Source: an uncultured Chloroflexia bacterium
GTDB taxonomy: Bacteria; Chloroflexota; UBA6077; JACCZL01
Assembly: GCA_963765765.1 (NCBI GenBank)
Contig: CAVXYC010000014.1
Span: 1 to 64,000 of the forward strand
DNA: 64,000 nucleotides
Direction: 5' to 3'
In this document: positions 21,022-31,162 of the stretch, one piece after another
Layout: each line of letters opens with the position of its first letter
Position numbering within the stretch: position 1 is the first letter of the stretch
Notes under the pieces: generated by a model
Seen by the model: only the letters and a program-made list of their open reading frames with translations
The model's database searches: none
Told to the model about the DNA's origin: nothing
Program-made: the position numbers and the translations under genes

Positions 21022-21963
21022 ATGTGCTTCCACGGGCAGATGCCCAGGCGCCGAGCTCTCCAGTTACTCACGGCGGCCGCGGGTGCAGTCCTCGCGGGTC
21101 GCCAAGCTCAGGCGACGGCAGCCGGACCGTACGACGGTCCCTTCGTGGATGCACACACGCACTTGAAGCAGAGCATGTCACCTCCGATCCACGAGCTCAT
21201 GTCCACCTACGATCAGATCGGTATCAAGGGAGCGCTGCTGTTCGGGGAGCCGTGGCCGCTGGTGACCGAAGCGAGGGACCAGTTTCCGTCGCGTATTGTT
21301 CCGTTCCTCGCTGAAGGCTATGGACAGGCGCTTCATCCGGATTCTTCGTACGCGAATCCAGACGGACTCAACAACCTGCTTCTTTCCGGAGCGGTTCGGG
21401 GTCTAGGCGAGGTGATTCTTCGACACTCTGCCTACCAGCTTGGTTCCCTACACGGATACGCATCAGCACCGGAGAACAACGTGCCGGCCGACGAGCCACG
21501 GCTCATTCAGTCGTACCGCATCGCCGGAGAACGTGGCGTCGCGGTCAACGTTCATCAGGAAGCAGCATTCGCGGGTGAGCTGGAGCGCGCGATTCAAGCT
21601 GCGCCGGAGACGACCTTCGTCTGGGCGCACGCGGGACATGGCCCTGCTTCAGTGCTGCGCAACCTGCTGAGCCGAAACTCCAATCTGATGGCAGATCTAT
21701 CCGCTCGTTCCCCCTGGCTGGGCCCGGGAACGGTGCTCGTTCGCCCAGATGGCGCCGTGATCACGGAATGGTCAAGTTTGCTTCACGACTTCCCGGACAG
21801 GATCGTGGTAGGTCTCGATCTCTTTGTTCCGCAGCACTACACCATGTCGTACGTTTCTCAGATGGCCAGCTACTATCGCGGCATCCTCGGCCAGCTTGAC
21901 CCAGACGTGGCGCTCATGATCGGTCACCAGAACGCCGAGCGCATTGCTCCTTTCACTGCGTGA
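21022..21963 (+). CDS. Tat-exported amidohydrolase_2-family protein
   Basis: PRRRALQLL Tat-like signal, VDAHTH, GLGEV, VNVH, WAHAG, GLD. Confidence 0.75.
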   Translation: MCFHGQMPRRRALQLLTAAAGAVLAGRQAQATAAGPYDGPFVDAHTHLKQSMSPPIHELMSTYDQIGIKGALLFGEPWPLVTEARDQFPSRIVPFLAEGYGQALHPDSSYANPDGLNNLLLSGAVRGLGEVILRHSAYQLGSLHGYASAPENNVPADEPRLIQSYRIAGERGVAVNVHQEAAFAGELERAIQAAPETTFVWAHAGHGPASVLRNLLSRNSNLMADLSARSPWLGPGTVLVRPDGAVITEWSSLLHDFPDRIVVGLDLFVPQHYTMSYVSQMASYYRGILGQLDPDVALMIGHQNAERIAPFTA

Positions 21964-22153
21964 GCACTGCACTTCCGCTTTAGAACGCAGGGGCTTCACC
22001 GACTTCTCGCGAGGCTGGAAGCAATTGGCAGGTTTCAGTGGCGCATCGCTGGGCAGAAAAATGCGGCGGGCAACACCGAAGTCCGACTTCAAACACTTGA
22101 GCGCTCACCTTATGTCACGGTAAGATCGGCCCCACTCAAATTTGGAGATATAC

Positions 22154-22882
22154 ATGCGCCTGATCGCCGCGCTTTCGCTCGTGCTTGTTCTGCAGCTGGC
22201 CCCGGGCTCCGCTCTCGCATGGGAGCAGTATCCCGGCGACTGGACTCCCGGGAGTCTTCGGATGGCGCGAACCACGACGTTGGCCGCGCCCTCTGCTTCG
22301 ATCGATGTCAGCTCCTTCCGCATGAACGTCCCGTTTCGAACGCAGAAGGACGGTTCGTCCTGGCAGGGCTCGAACTGCGGCCCGGCTGTACTGGGAATGA
22401 TCCTGGACGGATTTGGCCTAGACGGCCAGTCGACTGACGACCTGCGTTTCCGCGCACACACGTACCAGGGGACTGTTGGCATGCGAACAGGCACCGCGTT
22501 GGACCACATCGCCCACGTCGCGGAGGACTTCGGCGTTCGCACATATGGGCTCTACGGCGCCGGTGGCTCCTGGCGAAGCTGGTCCGCGGATGACATCCGC
22601 GAGCAGCTTCGCCTGGGGCGTCCAGTGATGCCCCTAGTCCGCCTGTATTTGCTACCCACGTATGAGAGTTCGCTGCCTCGCTGGGGGCACTATGTGCTTA
22701 TCACCGGCATGACCGAGGATGGGTTCTTCTATAGCGACCCGTTGCAGCTCGACGCGGTGAACGGTACCGGTGGTTACATGTCCGCCGATCGTCTCATGCG
22801 CGCCATGCACACAAGTCACATTCCTGGGCAAGCAGTCGCCTTCGGCGGATCCTCAATGATGGCCTGGAGCCCGGCGAGCTAG
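22154..22882 (+). CDS. Secreted C39-like (papain-fold) cysteine peptidase
   Basis: Signal peptide ending ALA; VPFRTQ, SNCGPA (Cys), WGHYVLITG (His), YSDP (Asp). Confidence 0.82.
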   Translation: MRLIAALSLVLVLQLAPGSALAWEQYPGDWTPGSLRMARTTTLAAPSASIDVSSFRMNVPFRTQKDGSSWQGSNCGPAVLGMILDGFGLDGQSTDDLRFRAHTYQGTVGMRTGTALDHIAHVAEDFGVRTYGLYGAGGSWRSWSADDIREQLRLGRPVMPLVRLYLLPTYESSLPRWGHYVLITGMTEDGFFYSDPLQLDAVNGTGGYMSADRLMRAMHTSHIPGQAVAFGGSSMMAWSPAS

Positions 22883-22983
22883 CGCAGCCTCGCCTGGGAC
22901 ATGCTCTGGGGCAATTACCGTACTTTCTCAGCAGCGCATGATAAGCTCTCTTGCAATACCATCTGAGGAATTGGACCAAGCGA

Positions 22984-24708
22984 ATGACGAGACTCGGGGC
23001 GCGTGTCTGTACCCTTTTCACCGCTGGACTCGCGCTGCCTCTCATTGCGGCCTGTAGTCCAGGCGCAGCTCCCTCTCCGTCGGCTTCTTCGCCAACTCAA
23101 GCTCCGGCCGCAAAGGCAGCGCCAACCGCCGCGGGGGCCGCACAGACCTCGGCTCAGCCTGCCGGTACGGCGCAAGCAGGCGGCACATTTGTCATCGCGC
23201 AGATCGGCCCTCTGGCTAAGACGCTGCACCCATATCCCGATGCTGCGTCGTACTCGCAGTCCTGGACAGACGCTGCCCGATTGATCTGGAGTGGCGGATT
23301 GGTGAGTCTGAACGCCGACACGCTCGAGTATGAGCCTGATATGGCATCCGCCTGGACAGTCTCGCCCGATGGCAAGACCTTTACGTTCACGCTAAAAGAC
23401 GGGCTGACGTGGAGCGATGGCCAACCCGTTACAGTGGATGATTTCTCATTTGCCTACGAGAACGCCGTCAAGGATGAGAACAACTTCGTCGGTCTCGACG
23501 ACGTCCAGCGAATCGATACTTTCGAAACGCCTGACCCCAAGACCATCGTGGTCACGCTCAAGGAGCTCCTCGCTCGCGATATCGCCATAAGCGTCGCTTC
23601 CGGCATAGGCCCCGTTCCCAAGCACGTCTGGCAGGGCAAGTCCTGGAATGATCCCACGGCGAACCCCGAGATTCTCAAGCCTACTGTAGTGCTGGGGCCG
23701 TTTACCGTACGCGATTGGAATGCCGCCGAGGGTGCCACGTTTGAACGGGTTTCCTACTACGGCGGTCAGGCTAACTTCGATCGGGTCGTGCTGCGTCCCG
23801 GCCAGCAACCGACGGTTGCTTACGAGCTGCTAAAGAGCGGTCAGGCGCAATGGGCGCCAGACATCCCGCCATCGCAATACGCGGAGGCGAAGCAGAATCC
23901 AAATCTCACGCTCTATGAGTGGACGGCTGCAAACAGCAGTTACCGAGGCGTTGAGTTCAACATGACTCGGCCTCACCTGAGTGACAAGCGCGTCCGCGAG
24001 GCAATCGCCCGCGCGATAAATCGCCAGGACGTTATCCAGGTCGCGGAGAACAATCTGGGGTCGCCGCAATATTCGTTCGTCAATCCGCAGAACACCAAAT
24101 GGAACTATCCAGATGTCGAGAAGTACGACTTCAATCTGGACCGCTCCAAGCAGCTTCTTCAGGAAGCAGGTTATCGCCTTGATGGAGGGAGGCTGCTAGC
24201 GCCCGACGGGCAAGCAGTCAGGTTCGAAATCCTTTATCCATCGTCCAGCAACCCACGCAAGAACATTGGCGCGTATATCCAACAGCAGCTCAAGCTCCTG
24301 GGAATCGACGTGGAGGTCCGCGGTCTGGATTTCAATGCCTACACCGAAGAGGTGGCGCGGAAGAAGAACTTCGATCTCTCCTTGTCAACCTATGGTGGCG
24401 GCAGCATCGATCCAGACCTGGGTAGCAAGGGCCAGCTCATAAGCACCGGCCAGCAGAATGTTACGGGCTTGAAGAGCGCGCATATCGATGATCTTTTTAA
24501 TCGCGGTGCGGTTGAGCAGGACGATGCCGCGCGCAAGCAGATCTACAACCAGCTCCAGCAGACCGTTGCGGAAGAGCTGCCAACCTTCTACTTGTATTCG
24601 CTCTCGTCGTTCAGCCCAATGTCCAAGCAGATTCTTGGGGTGAAACCCAACAAGCTCGATCGGTTGGAGTACAACGACGGGCTCATCAAGTGGTCCTTCG
24701 CCCGCTGA
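22984..24708 (+). CDS. Peptide/nickel ABC transporter substrate-binding lipoprotein (family 5)
   Basis: Lipobox LIAAC, Pro/Ala linker, PDMASAWTVSPDGKTFTFTLKDGLTWSDG, DKRVREAI. Confidence 0.93.
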   Translation: MTRLGARVCTLFTAGLALPLIAACSPGAAPSPSASSPTQAPAAKAAPTAAGAAQTSAQPAGTAQAGGTFVIAQIGPLAKTLHPYPDAASYSQSWTDAARLIWSGGLVSLNADTLEYEPDMASAWTVSPDGKTFTFTLKDGLTWSDGQPVTVDDFSFAYENAVKDENNFVGLDDVQRIDTFETPDPKTIVVTLKELLARDIAISVASGIGPVPKHVWQGKSWNDPTANPEILKPTVVLGPFTVRDWNAAEGATFERVSYYGGQANFDRVVLRPGQQPTVAYELLKSGQAQWAPDIPPSQYAEAKQNPNLTLYEWTAANSSYRGVEFNMTRPHLSDKRVREAIARAINRQDVIQVAENNLGSPQYSFVNPQNTKWNYPDVEKYDFNLDRSKQLLQEAGYRLDGGRLLAPDGQAVRFEILYPSSSNPRKNIGAYIQQQLKLLGIDVEVRGLDFNAYTEEVARKKNFDLSLSTYGGGSIDPDLGSKGQLISTGQQNVTGLKSAHIDDLFNRGAVEQDDAARKQIYNQLQQTVAEELPTFYLYSLSSFSPMSKQILGVKPNKLDRLEYNDGLIKWSFAR

Positions 24709-24726
24709 TCAGAGTAGGAATCAGCA

Positions 24727-25662
24727 ATGGGTCGATTCATGGCACGGCGACTGATTCAGTCGACCGTGCTTCTTTTTGTCGTGATGACGGCGAGCTTTTT
24801 CCTCATCCATGCCACGCCGGGAGGCCCTGAGACCGCGCTGTTCTCCGATCCACGGGTCAACCCCGAAGCGCTTAACCGCATGCGCGAGCGCTTCGGTCTA
24901 AACGATCCGCTCCCGGTGCAATACGGGAAATGGCTACTGAATATGCTCGCGCTCGACTTCGGACGATCGTATTCCTATCAACTCCCAGTACTGACCGTCA
25001 TCGGAGAGCGCGTTTGGCCGACACTTCAGCTCGGGCTGATGAGTTACGCCATCGGACTCGTGGGCGTGCCACTGGGCGTCTACGCCGCGAGCCACCGTGG
25101 CTCCGTGGGTGACAATGCCGTGCGTATTTTCACCGTGCTGGGCACGTGCGTACCCACCTGGTGGCTTGGGCTAACGATTATCGTGCTGCTCAATAGCACT
25201 ATAGGGTGGTTCCCGAACGGTCAGGGATCTGGCGGATTCTTCGATTGGCTACGACACATCATCCTTCCTGCCATGCTTCTTGGTTTGGGTGGCATCGTGA
25301 CCTTCTCCCGATTCATGCGGAGCGAGGTACTGGAGGTGCTGGGCCAGGACTTTGTGCGGACTGCCCAGGCCAAAGGGTTGATCTGGGATAGAGTGAATCG
25401 CGATCACGTGCTTCGCAATGCGTTGCTTCCAGTCGTCACCCTGCTCGGCTACCTGCTCCCAGCCGTGGTCTCCGGAGCGATCATCACCGAGTACATTTTC
25501 AACTGGCCGGGGATGGGCAAGCTGTATTTTGAGGCGGCGGCGTCACGTGACTACCCACTCCTGCTGGGCATGCTGATGCTCAGCACATCCCTGACGATCA
25601 TCGGTACGCTCCTAGCGGACCTAGGCTACGGCCTGGTAGATCCGAGGATTCGGTACGACTGA
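24727..25662 (+). CDS. Peptide ABC transporter permease (OppB/DppB-like)
   Basis: FGLNDPLPVQY, DFVRTAQAKG, HVLRNALLP, FNWPGMG, DPRI. Confidence 0.95.
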   Translation: MGRFMARRLIQSTVLLFVVMTASFFLIHATPGGPETALFSDPRVNPEALNRMRERFGLNDPLPVQYGKWLLNMLALDFGRSYSYQLPVLTVIGERVWPTLQLGLMSYAIGLVGVPLGVYAASHRGSVGDNAVRIFTVLGTCVPTWWLGLTIIVLLNSTIGWFPNGQGSGGFFDWLRHIILPAMLLGLGGIVTFSRFMRSEVLEVLGQDFVRTAQAKGLIWDRVNRDHVLRNALLPVVTLLGYLLPAVVSGAIITEYIFNWPGMGKLYFEAAASRDYPLLLGMLMLSTSLTIIGTLLADLGYGLVDPRIRYD

Positions 25663-25697
25663 TGGACATTCCTTCAACCGGACGAGGCTGAGCGAGC

Positions 25698-26705
25698 ATG
25701 CGTAGTCGCCCGTCCGAATTCAAGCCGCCGCCAAACGCTGCGCCAGTGGCTGTCCCCGTTTCTGACGAGACCGCTCAGGTAAAGCGCTTCTCAATTGCCG
25801 AACAGGCGGCCGCTCGAGCGAGGACCGTCGCACCGTCGCGCGGGTTCTTTGCCACGTCTTTCCGAAGGTTCGCGCATGATCGTGTGAGCGTGCTGGCCCT
25901 CGCGGGATTTCTGATCATCACGCTGATCAGTGTGGCGGCCCCGTGGATCGCCGACCATGTACTCCACACAAGTCCAGATGCCTTTATGCGAACGCCGGAC
26001 GGCCGCATCGCGGTACTCCAGCCGCCGGGCCCCGGATATCCGCTGGGGACGGATGATCTAGGGCGAGACAATCTGACCCGCCTCATCTTTGCCGGTAGGG
26101 TTTCCCTCCTGATTGGCTTCCTGGTCGCGATCATCTCCATCGTAATTGGTACGACTCTGGGGCTCATTGCAGGCTACTACGGTGGCCGCGTGGATGATCT
26201 CATCAATGCCGTCGTGCAATTCATGTTCAACATTCCGACGCTGTTCGTGTTGATTATCCTGTCGGTCTTCTTCACGCCGAACGTAGTAACCCTGGCTCTA
26301 ATCTTCGGCCTGCTGGGCTGGGCAGGTACAACACGACAGGTGCGGGGGGAAGTGCTTTCGGTCCGGCAGCGCGACTACGTGGATGCAGCACGCGTGATGG
26401 GGGCCAGTGACCCTCGGATGCTCGTTCGGCACGTGCTGCCGAACCTCGTCTCACTGGTGATGGTCGTTGCGGGTTTGGATATCGCCGGCGCGATTCTGGC
26501 CGAATCGGCTCTGAGCTTTCTGGGTTTCGGAGTCCCGGTACCACTGTCGTCATGGGGCAATATGCTGAGCGGCTCACAAGAGACATTTCGGACCGCACCA
26601 TGGCTGGTTTATCCACCCGGGATCATGATCTTCGTCACGGTGCTATGCGTCTTCCTACTTGCTGACGGTCTGCGGGACGCGTTCGATCCGAGGTTGAAGC
26701 ACTAG
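25698..26705 (+). CDS. Peptide ABC transporter permease (OppC/DppC-like)
   Basis: LGTDDLGRD, GRVSLLIG, DYVDAARVMGA, ESALSFLG, DGLRDAFDP. Confidence 0.95.
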   Translation: MRSRPSEFKPPPNAAPVAVPVSDETAQVKRFSIAEQAAARARTVAPSRGFFATSFRRFAHDRVSVLALAGFLIITLISVAAPWIADHVLHTSPDAFMRTPDGRIAVLQPPGPGYPLGTDDLGRDNLTRLIFAGRVSLLIGFLVAIISIVIGTTLGLIAGYYGGRVDDLINAVVQFMFNIPTLFVLIILSVFFTPNVVTLALIFGLLGWAGTTRQVRGEVLSVRQRDYVDAARVMGASDPRMLVRHVLPNLVSLVMVVAGLDIAGAILAESALSFLGFGVPVPLSSWGNMLSGSQETFRTAPWLVYPPGIMIFVTVLCVFLLADGLRDAFDPRLKH

Positions 26706-26749
26706 AGGAGTGATCACTTCGAGTGAGTTCAACTCCCAATACCTCTCGC

Positions 26750-26821
26750 CTAGTCATCCTGAGCCGCAGCGAAGGATCTATCCCAACGGTGCGCAGGATT
26801 CCGGTGGCTCAGGATGACTAG
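26750..26821. repeat. REP/MITE-like palindrome, GTCATCCTGAG family
   Basis: Perfect 16-bp IR CTAGTCATCCTGAGCC / GGCTCAGGATGACTAG enclosing GCAGCGAAGGATCT; related copy at 63451-63571. Confidence 0.8.
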
Positions 26822-26857
26822 CCCGTTTCGTCAAGCAACCCAGATGGATGTTGTCCT

Positions 26858-27555
26858 CTACTCAATGATGTAAGCCACCGAAACCTGAGTACGAACTTCC
26901 TGCTCGCCAGGCTCGACTGGGGCCGGGGCGGCCGCGGGAGCCGCGGACACCGCCCGCTCCGAGCGCACCGGTGTGGACGTTGCGTCGGACTCGACTGATG
27001 GCCTTCACCGCCACGACCCGCATCCCGGCCAGCGATGCGAGCTGATCGGCTTTCCGACGTGCATCGGCCATTGCCAGTGCACGAGCCTGATCCTTGAAAG
27101 GTGTTTGATCTGCCACGGCGAAGCTGATGCCGTCCACCCGATTGGCACCAGCCGCCACCGCGGCGTCAATGACCTGGCTTGTAGTGCTCACATTTCGAAT
27201 CTGAACCTGGACCGACGAGGAGACTCGGTAGGCGCGAATCCTGGTTCGATCCTGTTGGTCGTATTCGGTGGAGATGTTGATCGATCGCGTCTTGATGTCC
27301 TCACGGGCAACGCCCTGTGCCACGATCGCGTCGATTACAGACTGCATCCGTGTAAATGCGTCGTTTTGCGCTTCGGCGAGGTTCGCTGAAGCGCTTTCAA
27401 CGCCAAAACCCGTGAACACCGTATCCGGCTCGAACCGCGACCCGCCCATCACCAACCACGCTCACGGTTGAGCGGAGATCATCCTGAGCAGCGGCCACTC
27501 GGGGTTGCAAACAGAGTAGACCAAGGACGGCGACGAGCGCCGCGATCATTCGCAT
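26858..27555 (-). CDS. SIMPL domain (DUF541) secreted protein, two frameshifts
   Basis: Signal MRMIAALVAVLGLL; VSVVGDG, EPD, VAAGANRVDGISF, AMADARRKADQLA, PVEPGEQEVRTQVSVAY. Confidence 0.85.
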
Positions 27556-27632
27556 ACATGCCTCCGCGGGCAAGGGCCCGTACTCTGGTCAGACGGTTGC
27601 TACTGCCAGATCGTTCCCCGGAGAGAGCGTTG

Positions 27633-28094
27633 CTACTCAACCTCTACGACCATCTCGATCTCGACAGGAATGCCGAATGGAAGCGATGCCATTCCAACCG
27701 CGGATCGAGCGTGTCGGCCGTTTTCGCCGAAGATCTCCACGAGCAAGTCCGATGCGCCATTGATGACTCTCGGCTGATCCTTGTAATCCGGGGTGGAGTT
27801 GACCATGCCGAGCAGTTTGACAATACGCTTCACCTTATCCAGGTCACCGAGCTCTATCTTGAGCGAGGCCAGGCAATTGAGCATAGTGAGCTTGGCTGCC
27901 TGATATCCCGTGTTAAGGTCGAGGTCGGCCCCCAGCTTGCCCACATACTTTGGCTTGCCCTCAATAGTGGGGCCGTGTCCCGATACGAAGACGAGATTGC
28001 CAGTTCTGACCGTACTCACATAGTTGGCCAATGGACCGGTTCGGACGGGCAGCTCAAGCCCGAGCTCCTCGATGCGTTTTTCGATCGCGGTCAT
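27633..28094 (-). CDS. RidA/YjgF-family protein
   Basis: LANYV, GNLVFVSGH, INGASDLL, GRHARSAVGMASLP, PVEIE. Confidence 0.92.
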   Translation of the reverse strand: MTAIEKRIEELGLELPVRTGPLANYVSTVRTGNLVFVSGHGPTIEGKPKYVGKLGADLDLNTGYQAAKLTMLNCLASLKIELGDLDKVKRIVKLLGMVNSTPDYKDQPRVINGASDLLVEIFGENGRHARSAVGMASLPFGIPVEIEMVVEVE

Positions 28095-28167
28095 GAAATT
28101 CCTCCCGGGAAATGTACGGGGGTAGTGTAGCGACCGAGATCATGGTCTGGCATCTGCACCATAGGAG

Positions 28168-28202
28168 CTCGGGACCGCCGACATCCTGTCGGCGGTCCCG
28201 AG
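28168..28202. repeat. Perfect hairpin, REP-like
   Basis: CTCGGGACCGCCGACA-TCC-TGTCGGCGGTCCCGAG, 16-bp arms, in divergent intergenic region. Confidence 0.7.
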
Positions 28203-28354
28203 GAAAGATCGCGCAGCTGCTTGAGCGCTACGCGTGCGGGCTGGAGGCCCGTTGCCACCAGCACACCCGACTATGGTCTGAGGCCCTGCCGCAGGTTGAG
28301 CCACAGACCTTCAGGCCCTATGATCCTGACACCTGTTTCTCAAGGGGATGAATC

Positions 28355-29992
28355 ATGGTCGATCGCACACTCGCCCCGGCGGCGGCTCACCGCCCCACGG
28401 TCATGGGTACGCACGGCGTAGTGTGCTCTGGCCACCATCTCGCCTCTCAGGCCGGTTCTGAAGTGCTGGCGCAGGGCGGCAACGCCATGGATGCCGCGCT
28501 GGCAGCCTCCGGTGTCTTGACCGTCGTCCGCCCGCACATGACCGGTATCGGTGGCGACCTCTTCATGCTCTGGTATGACGCCGGTACGCGGCAGGTACGA
28601 GCCATCAATGCCGCGGGACCGGCACCAGCGACTGCATCGATCGCGGCGTATCGAGAGCGGGGCATGAATATGGTTCCGGCCAAGGGCGTCTTCGCGGTGG
28701 AGACACCAGGATGCGTAGCTGGCTGGCAAATGGCCGCTGACCTTTTTGCCACGCGGCCCCTACGAGAACTGCTGCAGCCAGCCATTGCCACGGCCCGCGA
28801 CGGCTTTCCGATGTACGCAACGCTCAACGACACGATCACGGCCGGTTTGCGCACGCTAAACGAGCCGGCCCGCAACCTGTACGCGCCGGGCGGTCAAGCC
28901 ATCTCTGTTGGGCACCTACTGAAGAACGCCGGTCTGGCTGACTCGCTCTCCGCTATTGCCGAAGGTGGCGCGGACGCGTTCTACCGTGGTGCAGTTGCGT
29001 CCCGAGTCGCCAGCTTCTTCCGCCAGGAAGGCGGACTTCTCTCAGAAGTTGACTTCGAAGCCTGTCAGGCCGAGGAGGTCGAGCCGATCAGCACGACGTA
29101 TCGCGGCCAGACGGTCTGGAACCTTCCGCCGGTCTCTCAGGGGCACGTTCTCCTCGAGATGCTCAACATCATCGAGGGTTACGATATCGCCTCGCTCGGC
29201 TGGAACCAACCTGAGACGATTCACCTCATGGTGGAGGCGAAGAAAATCGCGTTTGCCGACCGACTCCGCTACAGCGGCGATCTCCGCGCCGGGGTCCACA
29301 CGCCGCTGGACAGATTGCTTTCCAAGGATCATGCTGAGGAGGTGCGAGGTTGGATCGATCCCAACCATGCGATGGGAGAGGCGCCAAAGCTACGGGAGCT
29401 GGCGCAAGCCGGTGGCGACACGACACTGGTGACGGTGATGGACGCCCACGGCAACGCGGTGGCGCTCATCCAGAGCCTCTATAACCCATTTGGCTCCGGT
29501 GTGATGGCCGGTGACACCGGCATCATGCTCAACAATAGGCTCTCGGGCTTCTGGCTCCAGGAAGGCCATCCGAACGCGCTGGAGCCCGGTAAGCGGACGA
29601 TGTCCACATTGAACTCGTTTATCGTCACGCGCGGTGGCGACCTGTTCATGAGCGGCGGCACGCCGGGCGGCGATCAGCAGGTTCAAACGAATCTTCAGAT
29701 GCTGTCGAATGTCATCGACTACGGCATGGACCCGCAGCTGGCCGCCGAGGCTACCAAGTGGCACTCAACTCCAGGAACGGTCGAGCGAGAGCAGGTTCAG
29801 AGCTATGAGCTTCATGTGGAGCCGCGGATGCCGCTGTGGGTCCGCGAGGAGCTCGAGCGGCGTGGTCATACGATTCGGACCGATGAAGACTGGAGTATTG
29901 GCTCGCACAAGGTCATCGTGAAACATACCGAGTCAGGAGTCTTGATGGCCGGCGCGTCACCATCACGTGATGCGTACGCGGTGGGACGTTAA
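28355..29992 (+). CDS. ggt: Gamma-glutamyltransferase (Ntn hydrolase)
   Basis: GGNAMDAA, GIGGDLF, TPGCVAGW, autoprocessing GDTT, LNNR, PGKR, GTPGG. Confidence 0.93.
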   Translation: MVDRTLAPAAAHRPTVMGTHGVVCSGHHLASQAGSEVLAQGGNAMDAALAASGVLTVVRPHMTGIGGDLFMLWYDAGTRQVRAINAAGPAPATASIAAYRERGMNMVPAKGVFAVETPGCVAGWQMAADLFATRPLRELLQPAIATARDGFPMYATLNDTITAGLRTLNEPARNLYAPGGQAISVGHLLKNAGLADSLSAIAEGGADAFYRGAVASRVASFFRQEGGLLSEVDFEACQAEEVEPISTTYRGQTVWNLPPVSQGHVLLEMLNIIEGYDIASLGWNQPETIHLMVEAKKIAFADRLRYSGDLRAGVHTPLDRLLSKDHAEEVRGWIDPNHAMGEAPKLRELAQAGGDTTLVTVMDAHGNAVALIQSLYNPFGSGVMAGDTGIMLNNRLSGFWLQEGHPNALEPGKRTMSTLNSFIVTRGGDLFMSGGTPGGDQQVQTNLQMLSNVIDYGMDPQLAAEATKWHSTPGTVEREQVQSYELHVEPRMPLWVREELERRGHTIRTDEDWSIGSHKVIVKHTESGVLMAGASPSRDAYAVGR

Positions 29993-30014
29993 GAGGCACC
30001 GGAAATGGGTTACG

Positions 30015-30129
30015 GCCCGTAGCGCGGTGGTCTTGTGCCCCGAGCCCAGCGATCGCGCAGTTATGCACGAGGATTCCAGGGCCAAGGATCCTCTCGGGGC
30101 GCGGGGCACAAGACCACCGCGCTACGGGC
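30015..30129. repeat. GTAG-type REP inverted pair (REPIN-like)
   Basis: Perfect 28-bp IR GCCCGTAGCGCGGTGGTCTTGTGCCCCG (30015-30042) / 30102-30129. Confidence 0.85.
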
Positions 30130-30240
30130 GGCTAGAAAGCCAGATCGCCCGGTCGGCCTGGAGGATATTTCAAGAGCCGTCACATCCATTACTACCGACC
30201 TGCGCTTCACTTCCCCTCGGCATGCGGGCATAATGCCCGC

Positions 30241-31019
30241 ATGTCACAACTTCGGCTTCCAGGTGTCAATCTCGCATTCGACGATAGCGGCGGATCCGGA
30301 GCACCGGTGGTATTTCTTGCATGCGCGCTCCGGTACGCGCGATAGCTGGGAGCCTCAAGTTCCTGCGTTTATCGCCCGCGGCTTTCGATGCATCAATTAC
30401 GATCGCCGCGGTGCGGGCTCCTCTGCCCCCGACTCGTCGTCCGAGCAGCCAGGCTCCGCGGTGGATGATCTACGCGGACTGGTTGAGCATCTGCGATTCC
30501 CGCCATTTCACCTGATCGGAACGGCGGCGGGCGGCGTGGTAGCGTTCGACTTTGCCATCTCGTATCCATCGCTAGTCCGCTCTCTGGTCATCGCCGACAC
30601 GATCGGAGGCGTTCAGGATTCGGCGCACATGGACGTGCAGAACAGATTACGCGCGCCGGAAGATCGAAGCCTTGCCAATCGAGCTTCGCGAGCTCAGCGC
30701 GGGATATCGCGGGACGAATCCTGACGGCGCGCGGCGTTGGACGGAGATTGCCAACACGACAAACTGGACTGAGCACGTGGGTTCCGCTCAGAAGCGCAAG
30801 AACGCCATCACCCGAGAAGCCCTGGGCACGCTCAGAATGCCCGTCTTAATAGTCTGCGGCGAGGCCGATCTCCTCACCCCACCAGCGCTCATGCGACTCA
30901 TCGCAGCGCCCATCGAGCAGCACGAATTCGAAACGGTTGCCGAAGCAGGACATGCCGCTCACTGGGAGCAACCCGAAATCTGGAACGAGATCGTCCTCGA
31001 GTTCCTGGAGCGCAGCTAA
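30241..31019 (+). CDS. Alpha/beta hydrolase, two frameshifts; nucleophile elbow reads GTAAG
   Basis: MSQLRLPGVNLAFDDSGG..PVVFLHA, YDRRGAG, HLIGTAAGG, GEADLLTPP, AGHAAHWEQP. Confidence 0.8.
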
Positions 31020-31025
31020 CGCCAA

Positions 31026-31129
31026 TTTGGAGTGCGGTGTGTGGGAGCACCGCTTTGGATTAGATCAGCAACTCGGTCGGCGATGTCGCGAGTCATCCAA
31101 AGCGGTGCTCCCACACACCGCACTCCAAA
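31026..31129. repeat. GGAGTGCGG-type REP inverted pair (REPIN-like)
   Basis: Perfect 35-bp IR TTTGGAGTGCGGTGTGTGGGAGCACCGCTTTGGAT / 31095-31129; each arm has its own GCGGTG...CACCGC hairpin. Confidence 0.88.
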
Positions 31130-31162
31130 GCACGGCTCAATGATCACAGGAGGAGGGTCATC

